From positions 1 through 31,858 of the forward strand of contig JBEKHN010000021.1 of NCBI GenBank assembly GCA_050012255.1: DNA of 31,858 nt. Reading direction: 5' to 3'. A program made the translations under genes and the position numbers. Under the pieces are notes generated by a model. That model searched no databases. It saw only the letters and a list, made by a program, of their open reading frames with translations, and was not told where the DNA came from. Positions 20,299-29,087 of this stretch are shown in pieces. Position 1 is the stretch's first letter. Each line of letters begins with the position of its first letter. This stretch comes from Candidatus Bathyarchaeia archaeon (GTDB lineage: Archaea; Thermoproteota; Bathyarchaeia; Bathyarchaeales; Bathycorpusculaceae).

Positions 20299-21336
20299 TT
20301 ATCTTCTGTTGTAGTGCAGATTTAAGATTAGCTTTCTTTTTGAAGGATGGTTGGTTATTGCGTTTTCTCTAGGTTCTGTCTGACTTTGGCTTGTTTTCAC
20401 GCCTTTCTTTTTGTAGATTATGACTGTTAGTAGTGTTAATAACATGAAAAACATCGTAGCTTGAATCGATGGAAACTCTGGAATTATATATGGAACCATA
20501 AGCGGATAATGGTCAATATTGTTCGTGTCGATTACGTAAGGTCTGTTCCAGACGCCTGAGCTGTGAACTTCAGCGGCGTTCGGATGCTTTGTCAGATAGT
20601 CGCTCCAGTAGTTACCCCTGCTCCCATCATCCCAAATGTTAACCGAGCCTGCTGTGTAGGCTGGGTTGTTCACAAAATTGTTGTGGAAAATGAAGTTGTT
20701 GTTAGAAGAGAAGAGATAAATGCCATAATCGCCGTTTGCGGCGTTGTTCCCCGACAAAGTGTTATCAGAAGAAGAGCGCAGCTCAATGCCAATCCAGTTG
20801 TTTGCGGCGTTGTTGCCCGACAAAGTGTTGTTAAAAGAAGAGTCGAGATAAATGCCATCATAGTTGCCTACGGCGTTGTTGCCCGACAAAATGTTGTTAG
20901 AAGAAGATTCGACTTCAATGCCAACCCAGTTGTTTGCCATGACGTTGTTGCCAGACAAAACATTGCTAGAAGAAGAGCTGAGCCCAATGCCAACGTAGAA
21001 GTTTGTTATCGTCATGTTTCTTACTGTCACGTTGCTCCTGTTCGTAAGCGTTGTTCCGTTCCCGCTTAGGATTCCCGTCACGGTGTAGCCTGCCCCGTTC
21101 AAAACGATGTTGTCTCTCTCAACCACAATTCCATCAGCATTGGCGGTGATGTTGCCAGTTAAGGTGTATGTAATGTTGTCTGCGGTATAGATATGGGCTG
21201 TCGGCGGCTCTATTGAGCCGTCAGCCCGTATGTAAATGGTTCCACCATCAGCCTTGACAACTTGAATCAATCCCGTTATTGACGATACGGAAAGCAAACA
21301 CAGAATTGTAAGCGAAGCAAAAACAACTCTGTTCAT
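20299..21336 (-). CDS. Secreted NosD/PbH1 beta-helix protein with PEF-CTERM-like sorting signal
   Basis: Signal peptide, IYIRADGSI, 22-aa GI.L.SS.NN.LSGNN repeats, GNYWSDY, DHYPL, IPEFPS-TM-KKK. Confidence 0.88.
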   Translation of the reverse strand: MNRVVFASLTILCLLSVSSITGLIQVVKADGGTIYIRADGSIEPPTAHIYTADNITYTLTGNITANADGIVVERDNIVLNGAGYTVTGILSGNGTTLTNRSNVTVRNMTITNFYVGIGLSSSSSNVLSGNNVMANNWVGIEVESSSNNILSGNNAVGNYDGIYLDSSFNNTLSGNNAANNWIGIELRSSSDNTLSGNNAANGDYGIYLFSSNNNFIFHNNFVNNPAYTAGSVNIWDDGSRGNYWSDYLTKHPNAAEVHSSGVWNRPYVIDTNNIDHYPLMVPYIIPEFPSIQATMFFMLLTLLTVIIYKKKGVKTSQSQTEPRENAITNHPSKRKLILNLHYNRR

Positions 21337-21440
21337 CCTTTGTCACTTCCATACATAGTTTACGGATTGATTGAATCAGTTCTTACGGTTTGTGGAAGAA
21401 TCTTCAATTGAAATCGTGACTATAAGAAAGCAAAAAGTTT

Positions 21441-21698
21441 GTGAATATTGAAGCGAATTATTTCTCTGGAGCTGGGTCAAAACCTGAGGAAATTGTTGAC
21501 TCATACATCAATCGAAGGAATGAACTTGTGAGGAGTCACTGGGATTTCATATGGATAACCGATGGAGATGTATGGCGTGTCTCTGAAAACCAAATAGTCA
21601 AAGCATTCAATGGTCTAGATTACATCTTCAATATTGAATTCTCTAGAGGAGGACTGCTCAAAGAAGCTCTAGTTCATATATTTGCTAGAAATAGGTGA
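21441..21698 (+). pseudogene. C-terminal remnant of DpnII-family restriction endonuclease
   Basis: IEANYFSGAGSKPEE...FIWITDG..W matches the DpnII C-terminal motifs; in-frame stop at 21423 and no N-terminal region. Confidence 0.7.
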
Positions 21699-21704
21699 AA
21701 CAGT

Positions 21705-22349
21705 TTGGCGAAATATCCTATTTCTCACAATGGGAGTAAGAGACTAGGAGAATTCTTTGGAGAGATCTTGACTTTTCATATACCGCCATCTAAAGAGAAA
21801 ATGATTCTAGACCCAACTTGTGGAAAGAAGCACCTATGGGATGAATATCTTAAGAAGAACTTTTATGGAAAAACAAGATTGGAAGAATATGGAAAAGTGG
21901 TTTTCTCTGACATAAAACCTTATGGTCAAGAAATTGTTTCAGATGTGAATTCATTGAATTTTGATTATCAGTTTGATGGAATAGTCTATGACTCCCCATA
22001 TTTCTTTGGATACAAAGGTTCTAATGACCCTCGAAGAGAGGATTATGGAGATTATGTTCAAACTTACGAAGAATTACTTGAATTCATGGATATAGCAGAT
22101 ACAAAGTTTCCTGAATGGTTGAAAGAGAATGGGAAACTGATTGTGAAATGTGCTGACCAATATCAGACAAAGGAAAGGAGATTTTATCCACATCACTACA
22201 CTTGGATTAACAGATTATCCAATTTTGAAATCATAGATTTTTTCATTTTCATACACCATAGGATGTCACCAACGGCATTTCAAGTAAAGAATAGACCATG
22301 TTCGGTAATAATGCACACATACTTCCTTGTATTCAATAAGAAACATTGA
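21705..22349 (+). CDS. Putative DNA amino-methyltransferase
   Basis: ILDPTCG SAM motif, FDGIVYDSPY (DPPY-like), LKENGKLIVK; follows the REase remnant. Confidence 0.75.
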   Translation: MAKYPISHNGSKRLGEFFGEILTFHIPPSKEKMILDPTCGKKHLWDEYLKKNFYGKTRLEEYGKVVFSDIKPYGQEIVSDVNSLNFDYQFDGIVYDSPYFFGYKGSNDPRREDYGDYVQTYEELLEFMDIADTKFPEWLKENGKLIVKCADQYQTKERRFYPHHYTWINRLSNFEIIDFFIFIHHRMSPTAFQVKNRPCSVIMHTYFLVFNKKH

Positions 22350-22367
22350 CATTAGCGTTACTGAAAA

Positions 22368-22655
22368 GCGCGCGTGCTGAGAGAAGAGTTAAAAAATGAC
22401 TAAACAAACGAGTCAAAAGAAAGTTGTTGGCAGAAAAGGTCTAGTCCTTCTTGGAATCATGGGTATCATAGGGCTAATCCTTATTGCTTTTGGAGTATTC
22501 TCGATATTCGAGATATCCACACTTCTAGGTCTAATCTCATTGGTTCTAGGGTTCTTCACATACATTATATTTATACTCATAGAAAGAAAGTTAAAGCTTC
22601 TCTAAAAAGTTCAGCTTTAATGATTAATGGATTTCTGACCAGTGTACGCGCGCGC
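22368..22655. repeat. GCGCGC-ended element B enclosing a small gene
   Basis: AA-GCGCGCGTGC ... GTACGCGCGCGC-TA brackets ORF 22396-22605. Confidence 0.55.
22396..22605 (+). CDS. Small two-TM membrane protein
   Basis: 69 aa, basic N-terminus, two hydrophobic helices. Confidence 0.75.
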   Translation: MTKQTSQKKVVGRKGLVLLGIMGIIGLILIAFGVFSIFEISTLLGLISLVLGFFTYIIFILIERKLKLL

Positions 22656-22677
22656 TATTTCGTTTTTTGCTATGTGT

Positions 22678-22706
22678 GTTTGGGATGAAACTTTACCCCC
22701 AAACCC
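22678..22706 (+). repeat. Island palindrome copy 3
   Basis: GTTTGGGATGAAACTTTACCCCCAAACCC. Confidence 0.85.
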
Positions 22707-22756
22707 TAAACGTTCCATGGAAGCGCGGGTCTGGGCCTCTTCTAAAGAGGCATTGA

Positions 22757-23137
22757 TTACGTGGATACGATTTTAGTTTGACGTGTTGAGATTGGAGCAC
22801 GAATGATGAACCATCGAACAGGGAGGGAATAGTGAGTTATTTTGTGTCGCTTCATGGGTGGGACCTTGAGGATTTGCATAGGTTTCAAAGTGACTACTTC
22901 GCTCTCCACTTCTATTTTCAGAGTGCCTTCCAACACGAGATAGTATTCCTCAATGGGAGGTGCATGAGAATGCTCAGTTTCTTTCTCAAGTACACCCTTC
23001 TGGGGATTGTTCACAAACGCAATCTGAATTTGCTCGGAAAAGAATGGCGAAGATTCGGGCACGTCTTCTGGTGTGCCAATGATCCAACGGTTCCAAGCAT
23101 CAGGCTTGCTGAGGTCCAAAACTGCGACTGAAACCAT
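22757..23137 (-). CDS. Cupin domain protein
   Basis: HSH...EEYYLVLEG and VPPMKRH motifs. Confidence 0.88.
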   Translation of the reverse strand: MVSVAVLDLSKPDAWNRWIIGTPEDVPESSPFFSEQIQIAFVNNPQKGVLEKETEHSHAPPIEEYYLVLEGTLKIEVESEVVTLKPMQILKVPPMKRHKITHYSLPVRWFIIRAPISTRQTKIVST

Positions 23138-23293
23138 TTTCTCACTCTTCTCTTTCTACAATTTCTTACTGTACAGCAAATAAGCGTTTAACGCGCGCTA
23201 TTCCAGTAGACAATGTAGCGCGCTAGTTAAATTCAGCTACTAAGAAGGTTCAGGTTTATCGCGCGCTGTAACTTTTTCCGCACTTGTTTTTCC

Positions 23294-23320
23294 TTTGGGT
23301 TTGGGACAAAACTTTACCTC
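23294..23320 (+). repeat. Island palindrome copy 4
   Basis: TTTGGGTTTGGGACAAAACTTTACCTC. Confidence 0.85.
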
Positions 23321-23356
23321 AACACTTTAAATGTTCTAGCCAAGCAATTGAGAATC

Positions 23357-24089
23357 ATGAGTGATAAACGACTCATCGAAAGAATAGTTCAAATTGTTCT
23401 GGAAAACACTGGAAACAGTTTGATTTCACTTTATCTTGTGGGGTCTTTTTTGACGAAGGACATGGTGAAATCAAGTGACATTGATCTTGTTGGAGTAATG
23501 GAGTCATCTTTCGATTTTGGAAAAGAGAAACTGATCAACGAGAGACTGAATGAAAAGATAGTTTCCAGTCACAAAATAGATCTGGGAACAATGAGTGCTG
23601 AAGAATTCTTTGGAGGAAAACAAAAGGGCAGCTTGATGAGGCACATGAACCTTCCTGTTTTCTTGAACTCTTTGAAAAATGCACAAATTGTTTATGGGAA
23701 AGAACTCGATTTTGACGAATTACCGATCAAACCCGCATCAAAAACAGATGAAATGAAATATTGGATCAAAGAATTCAAAAAATACAAGAATGAATTCAGG
23801 AAAAAAGACAAGCTTGGAGTCGATTTTTCTTTAAGATTTTGTAAAGGTCATTTTCTATATTGCCAATCTGCAACTCCAGCTTATAAGAAAAACTAAACAA
23901 AAGAAGAAGAGATATTCAGACATAGCGAATGCTTTCAGAACAGAAAGCAATCATATCGTGCACTATTCGCTGGAATTGCGAAAAAAAGAATCGATAGCCA
24001 ATGAGGAAAAACAGTTATGGTTGGATAAGGCAGAAGTCTATGTAGAGAGCATAGATGATGTCATGAGAAACTCAATCGGTTCGACCTAG
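23357..24089 (+). pseudogene. Nucleotidyltransferase (Pol-beta-like), frameshifted
   Basis: LYLVGS...SDIDL motif; reading continues in another frame from about 23835 (DFVKVIFYIANLQL...) to TAG at 24089. Confidence 0.8.
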
Positions 24090-24120
24090 TGCAGGCAGGA
24101 CCGAATCAATCCTGTTTTTT

Positions 24121-24162
24121 GGTTTGGTTGGTTGGATAAAACTTTACCTCCCAAACCCAAAC
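24121..24162 (+). repeat. Island palindrome copy 5
   Basis: GGTTTGGTTGGTTGGATAAAACTTTACCTCCCAAACCCAAAC. Confidence 0.9.
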
Positions 24163-24206
24163 ATTTGCGCTCTCTCAACCACACTAACGCCTACTCACTC
24201 ATACAC

Positions 24207-24860
24207 TCACTCACACTCACGGCGCGCGCACGCATGCGCCAAATCAATTTTCTTGATTGACTTGATAACCTTGTTTGTCAGTTCTGTACACTGTTTCAAC
24301 GCAGCTTTGTTCTTTAGAACTTCGCCCTTTTCATCACCCGTTCTGACGTTGACCGCTATGAAGGGAGGACGATCGTGTGAGACTAATGTCAACCCAAGAG
24401 ATTCGATATACTCTACAACAGTACGCACTGTTTCTTTCTTGAATCTGCCCGTGCCTGACAAGGCAAAGACGCAGAAAGGTTGTTGCTTTGGTAGAAGCCT
24501 ATAGTTTGGTTCTGTGAAGGTGTGTCTGTAGCCTTTGTGTTTTCGCATATGAACAATTGTGTCCAGTCTTTCCAGGAAAGCTAAAAATTTTGAGGAAGCC
24601 AACAGATACTTGGGGAATATGAATATTATCGCTTCGGCTTTCTTCATCTCTGCGAGGATCTGGTTTAGATCATCTGTCAGGACACAGTCTTCGTGCACAC
24701 ATTTTTCGCAGAGAACGCAAAACTCAATTTTCTTGCTTGCTAGTTGGATTATTCTGGACTTGGGACTTGTAGACTCGAGAATGGACTTGGCTAATGCGTA
24801 GCAATTGCCGTTTTTTCTGTGGGAACCCACTATCGCCAGAAGTTTTGTTTTCATAGACAT
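24207..24860 (-). CDS. Flavodoxin-like iron-sulfur flavoprotein / FMN reductase family
   Basis: GSHRKNGN, CVLCEKC....C...DD, PKY; start ATG 24860 or 24854. Confidence 0.85.
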   Translation of the reverse strand: MSMKTKLLAIVGSHRKNGNCYALAKSILESTSPKSRIIQLASKKIEFCVLCEKCVHEDCVLTDDLNQILAEMKKAEAIIFIFPKYLLASSKFLAFLERLDTIVHMRKHKGYRHTFTEPNYRLLPKQQPFCVFALSGTGRFKKETVRTVVEYIESLGLTLVSHDRPPFIAVNVRTGDEKGEVLKNKAALKQCTELTNKVIKSIKKIDLAHACARRECE

Positions 24861-24897
24861 AATTAGACGGATTTTCATTAAAGTCTTTATTGGTGTA

Positions 24898-25059
24898 GCG
24901 CGCATGCCTGTTCCTAAATTCGTTTGCAAAATGTTTTATGCTTCTGGCTTTGCTCCGTCAATGGATTGTGATCTGCCATGAGATGGGAGAGAGCATCGGT
25001 AGAAGGCGCGTCCCAACTCTCACACTAGAAAAACGGAATTTGGGAACACGCACGCGCGC
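24898..25059. repeat. GCGCGC-ended inverted-repeat element C
   Basis: Left GCGCGCATGCCTGTTCCTAAATTC; right end reverse-complemented GCGCGCGTGCGTGTTCCCAAATTC. Confidence 0.8.
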
Positions 25060-25082
25060 TTGTGGTGTTCAGAAGGAGGTGT

Positions 25083-25116
25083 GGGTTTGGGGGTAGAGTT
25101 TTATCTAACCAACCAA
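25083..25116 (-). repeat. Island palindrome copy 6 (inverted)
   Basis: Minus strand TTGGTTGGTTAGATAAAACTCTACCCCCAAACCC. Confidence 0.85.
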
Positions 25117-25218
25117 ATCTATTGCTTCCGAAATTTGTTTCCAGAATAAGATTTTCCAACTAGTTAAACGAGCAACGCAAGGTTTAATTCTAGCGCGCGC
25201 GGTCGCTTTCTCCAGTTT

Positions 25219-26061
25219 CTATTTCTGGCATTTTGGGCAGACAAACACTTTGCCTCCTCCAAGACTCAGCTCTTCTATAGGAGTGCGGCAAACTGGACAG
25301 TTCTGTTTTCTCATGTTCGGACCCATGGCTGAAACGTAGTGGCCTTGCTTCTGATGAAGATCCGAGAACTGGTTTTTGCCGTTCAGCCGGATTCTCTCTC
25401 GAAGCAAAAGTTTGATGGCATTGTAAAGTGCTCTTTGCTCACCCGAGTTTAACTCCGAGGCCTTTCTTTTCGGATGAAGTTTAGCTCTGTATATGATGTC
25501 TTGAAAGGCGCTGTTACTCAGCCCAACCACTACAGCATCTTTTCCAACAAGAATCGATTTGAGCGCCTTGTTATTATCCTGCAAAAGTTTGGAGAAATTG
25601 TTGAATGTAAACGTCTCATCTATTGGTGACAGTATCTCTGGGTTGAAGTCTCGTTTGAACATATAAGAGTCCATAAGTTCATCATCCTTCAACACCCTCA
25701 TACCTCCCATACTAGTGAATCTCACCGTCAACGCGGTGTTGTCGGAAAAATCTATCTTCAGATGAAACTTTTCTGGAACGGTCGCTTCACTTAAGTGATA
25801 AAAAATCTCGCCGCCGTATTCAGGGCTGAGAATCATGTTCATCCCCCCATCAAGCTTCACGCGTATGGAGTTGCCCCTAGAAATGACAGATTCGACTTCT
25901 CTGTTCACAAGTTGATCAAAGGATTTGTTATCCCTGTTTATGAACCCAATTGTCTGCAATTTTCCGCAGTCTCGAAGAAGATACCTCTTTATGTGTTTAC
26001 CCTTCAGCTCTTTATTCATTTGATCGGCAAGAATCTTTGCTTCTGGAAGTTCAATACTCAT
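25219..26061 (-). CDS. Fpg/Nei-family DNA glycosylase-like protein, atypical
   Basis: ELPE near the N-terminus, H2TH (LKSILV...GLSN...IIYRAKLHP), C-terminal CPVC...CPKCQ finger. Confidence 0.85.
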   Translation of the reverse strand: MSIELPEAKILADQMNKELKGKHIKRYLLRDCGKLQTIGFINRDNKSFDQLVNREVESVISRGNSIRVKLDGGMNMILSPEYGGEIFYHLSEATVPEKFHLKIDFSDNTALTVRFTSMGGMRVLKDDELMDSYMFKRDFNPEILSPIDETFTFNNFSKLLQDNNKALKSILVGKDAVVVGLSNSAFQDIIYRAKLHPKRKASELNSGEQRALYNAIKLLLRERIRLNGKNQFSDLHQKQGHYVSAMGPNMRKQNCPVCRTPIEELSLGGGKVFVCPKCQK

Positions 26062-26228
26062 CTAAAGTCTCCCTAGCACCCGTTCTTGTAACAAACCAGT
26101 GTTTAAATCGTTTATGCACTAACCGGTGAAAGAAGGTCACAGGATATTCGTCAAATGGTTTGAAGTTAGAGCGCGAGCTCTTCGAGCTCACTAACGACTA
26201 ATCTCTTTCCAATCTCTATGCTATGATA

Positions 26229-26414
26229 GCGCGCGCATGCTTGTTCCGAAATTGGCCTAAAATGGTTTTTATTCGCCTTCCATGATTTAAGGAAGGTCTT
26301 GGGCTTCGTATCTGTTCTTGATTTCTTTGAGCAACTGTCTTCTTGAGCACTGGCAGAAATGTGCAAAACGGAATTAAAACCATTTTAGACCATTTTAGGA
26401 ACACGCATGCGCGC
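26229..26414. repeat. GCGCGC-ended inverted-repeat element D
   Basis: About 40-bp imperfect TIRs (GCGCGCATGCTTGTTCCGAAATTGGCCTAAAATGGTTTT vs GCGCGCATGCGTGTTCCTAAAATGGTCTAAAATGGTTTT), TA on both sides. Confidence 0.85.
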
Positions 26415-26887
26415 TAGGTTCAAATATTGGTTTACATTAAATGTAAACGTGCGCGCTTTCTAAAAAAAGTCCATCCATGTTCTCACTGTTTTCTCCTTCA
26501 TCGGGAGTAAGAAACCTCTAGTTGGCTCGAAGCAAGGCCCGCATTTTCAACTGCCACTCCATCTTAGCTCGGCTTGGCAATGAGATATGCTCATGTTTTC
26601 TCATCTTAGCCGCACGCGAGGGTATTTGCACTTAATTAGGTGCGAGTACCGTCTTCCTTAGATTGGAGATATCTCCCGAAGACCCTACTTTTGGTAGGAT
26701 TTCGGATTGACATATCATATTGCCAAAAGAACAAAGTGAGGACAGACACTTAAAAATAATATGTCGAAACCGTTCAACGTGAAAACATGTAGGGAAATGA
26801 TAAATTCTCTAAGATCTTATGAGAAGTGTATTGTTTGAAAGGCTACTCTTTCAATGATTAAGATAACCTGGACAAGAGGTTGAAAAA

Positions 26888-28075
26888 GTGAGTGAGTTGA
26901 AGATGCCTGAAAGGATCAAATTCTTGGCTTTTGAAGCCAGAGAGATTGGTGGAATGATTGTCAAAAACAGGTTAGTTAGATCTGCTACCTATGAGCATAT
27001 GGCTTCTGAAGGTGGTAGCGTTACAGACGAACTCATAAAATTGTATAGGACTCTGGCTGAAGGTGGAGTTGGATTAATAATCACAGGTGCTGCTTATGTG
27101 CAACTTAGTGGTAAGTCTGTTCCTTGCCTGACGGGGATATACAGAGACGATCTAATTCCAGGATTGAGAAAAATCGCAGAAACAGTCCATGAACATGGCG
27201 ATGGTTGCAAAGTTGCGATACAGCTGCTTCATTGTGGTCGTCAATCCTTTGTGTTAGAAAACACCATAGCCCCTTCTGCCGTTTTTGAACCTGTGGTTAA
27301 AAAAATGCCACGAGAAATGACGATTGAAGAAATAGAAGAGACAATAGAAGCTTTTGCAAAAGCAGCGAGGAGGGCAAAGGAGGCAGGGTTCGACGCCGTT
27401 CAACTCCACGCTGCCCATGGATACCTCTTGAGTGAGTTCCTGTCCCCTTACACTAACAGAAGGACAGATGAATACGGGGGCAGCACAGGAAACAGGACCA
27501 AAATCGTTGAAGATATTTACAAAAGGATCGTGGAAAATGTTGGAACGGATTTTCCCATTTTGATAAAGATGAACGTCGACGATTTTCTTGAAGGCGGAAT
27601 AAACCTCAACGAGTCCAAAAAGATTGCAGAAAGGCTTTCAAAAACGGGGTTTGCAGCCATTGAAACCAGCGGATGCATGTGGGAAGTCACGACACGTAGT
27701 AAAGAAGAACTTGGTTGGGTACCAGCTATGTTACCTGAAAGCCGAATAAATATCAGGTCTAAAGATAAGGAAGCCTACTATTTACCTTACGCCAGAGAAA
27801 TCAGGAAAGTGATCGCTGCACCATTAATTCTGGTCGGTGGAATCAGATCCCTTGACGTGATTGAAAACATACTGGCTGAAGGAAGCGTGGATTTCGTTGC
27901 CCTGTGCCGACCCTTGATTCGAAAACCAGACCTTCCAAATAGATGGCTAAAGGAAATTGGAGGATTAACCGGTGACTGTATTTCTTGTAACGGCTGTGTT
28001 CGCAGCACAATAGTGGGTGGCATCAGGTGTATCCCAGAGGAAAGAAGAAATAGAATACGAATCAAAGGTTCTTGA
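26888..28075 (+). CDS. NADH:flavin oxidoreductase (Old Yellow Enzyme family)
   Basis: KNRLVRSAT, GGVGLIITG, QLHAAHGYLLSEFLSP..N.RTDEYGGS, C-terminal CISCNGC; start may be ATG 26903. Confidence 0.95.
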   Translation: MSELKMPERIKFLAFEAREIGGMIVKNRLVRSATYEHMASEGGSVTDELIKLYRTLAEGGVGLIITGAAYVQLSGKSVPCLTGIYRDDLIPGLRKIAETVHEHGDGCKVAIQLLHCGRQSFVLENTIAPSAVFEPVVKKMPREMTIEEIEETIEAFAKAARRAKEAGFDAVQLHAAHGYLLSEFLSPYTNRRTDEYGGSTGNRTKIVEDIYKRIVENVGTDFPILIKMNVDDFLEGGINLNESKKIAERLSKTGFAAIETSGCMWEVTTRSKEELGWVPAMLPESRINIRSKDKEAYYLPYAREIRKVIAAPLILVGGIRSLDVIENILAEGSVDFVALCRPLIRKPDLPNRWLKEIGGLTGDCISCNGCVRSTIVGGIRCIPEERRNRIRIKGS

Positions 28076-28262
28076 AAACCTTAACAGAGAGTGGCTTGAA
28101 CTATGCAGATGGAGAATTAGTGAAAAGAAATTCGTTGTTAAGCACATAGATGCTTGAAAGCATCTATAAACCCTTGTCCTGATATCTGTTCATTTCGGTT
28201 ATAGCTTTTCCGCAAAATCATAGACTGACTTTTTTCTATGCTACGTGTCTGTCTGTGTCTCA

Positions 28263-28395
28263 GTTTGTGTGTGCGTGTGTGCGTGTGTGTGTAGAGAGAG
28301 AGTGAGTGAGTGGGGGAGAGAGCTAGAGGGTTAGAATTAGAGCGTCGTCGTGCGTGTTGAAGAAGAGAGAGAGAAAAAGATAAAACTTTACCCCC
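28263..28395 (+). repeat. GT/GA-rich arm plus island palindrome copy 7
   Basis: Core GATAAAACTTTACCCCC at 28379-28395 preceded by the inverse of the 19658-19743 arm. Confidence 0.85.
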
Positions 28396-28455
28396 ACACA
28401 CAAAAAAATTCAGGAAATGTCGAATGCCTCTGCAAACAAAGTTGCCTCTTAAGCG

Positions 28456-28947
28456 TTATGAGAGAAATTTGCTGTAGATTATCATGTCCAATCCTCTTGT
28501 GTGTTTTCTCAAGAAGCCTTCGGGCAGGAATCCATTCTTGACGTACAGCCTTATTGCTGGCACGAGGTGTGGTGATGTGTGCAGCCAGATTTTGTGGGCT
28601 TTTCTTCTTCTTCCCTCTTTGATGAACCTGTTTAGAAGTCTTGACCCAACTCCTCTGCCTCGGCACTCCTTTGTTACCGCCAGAAATCCGAGACTGCACA
28701 CTCCCGCTGCTTCTCGGCCTAAAGCCATACCTACAATCTGATGGTTTTCCACAGCAATTAGAAGAATCTCGCTCTTGTTTTCTATTCTCTCCCTGAGCTT
28801 CTTGATGTCCTCAGGTTCATGCATGCTCTTGAGTTCAGGGTCAACGAAAGAAGCAGGCAACCACTCACGAAGACTCTCAAAGGTTCTAATCAGACAATTG
28901 TGCAGGTTTTCGCAATCCTCGACAACAGCAAAACGAACCTTGAACAT
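28456..28947 (-). CDS. GNAT acetyltransferase
   Basis: AVTKECRGRGVGSRLL, AIRLYVKNGF. Confidence 0.9.
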   Translation of the reverse strand: MFKVRFAVVEDCENLHNCLIRTFESLREWLPASFVDPELKSMHEPEDIKKLRERIENKSEILLIAVENHQIVGMALGREAAGVCSLGFLAVTKECRGRGVGSRLLNRFIKEGRRRKAHKIWLHTSPHLVPAIRLYVKNGFLPEGFLRKHTRGLDMIIYSKFLS

Positions 28948-29014
28948 TTTTCCTCATCAACATCTTCAGAATCGTCTCGTTGTGTTTTTAAGAATTTTCC
29001 TACAGACGTTCACC

Positions 29015-29054
29015 TTTGGGTTTGGGACAAAACTTTACCCCAAACCAACCAACC
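29015..29054 (+). repeat. Island palindrome copy 8
   Basis: TTTGGGTTTGGGACAAAACTTTACCCCAAACCAACCAACC. Confidence 0.9.
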
Positions 29055-29087
29055 TTTTCAAGAATCAGATTAGCTCGGCACCACCTG

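Noticed and set aside
20690-21000. 66-bp DNA repeats as a non-coding array or DGR template
   Set aside because: Fully explained by 22-aa beta-helix repeats of the NosD-like protein.
26430-26448. Perfect hairpin GTTTACAT-TAA-ATGTAAAC
   Set aside because: Single occurrence; cannot separate operator from chance, though it lies between two GCGCGC runs.
28138-28401. ORFs such as ...HTHTRTH...
   Set aside because: Translations of the low-complexity repeat arm.
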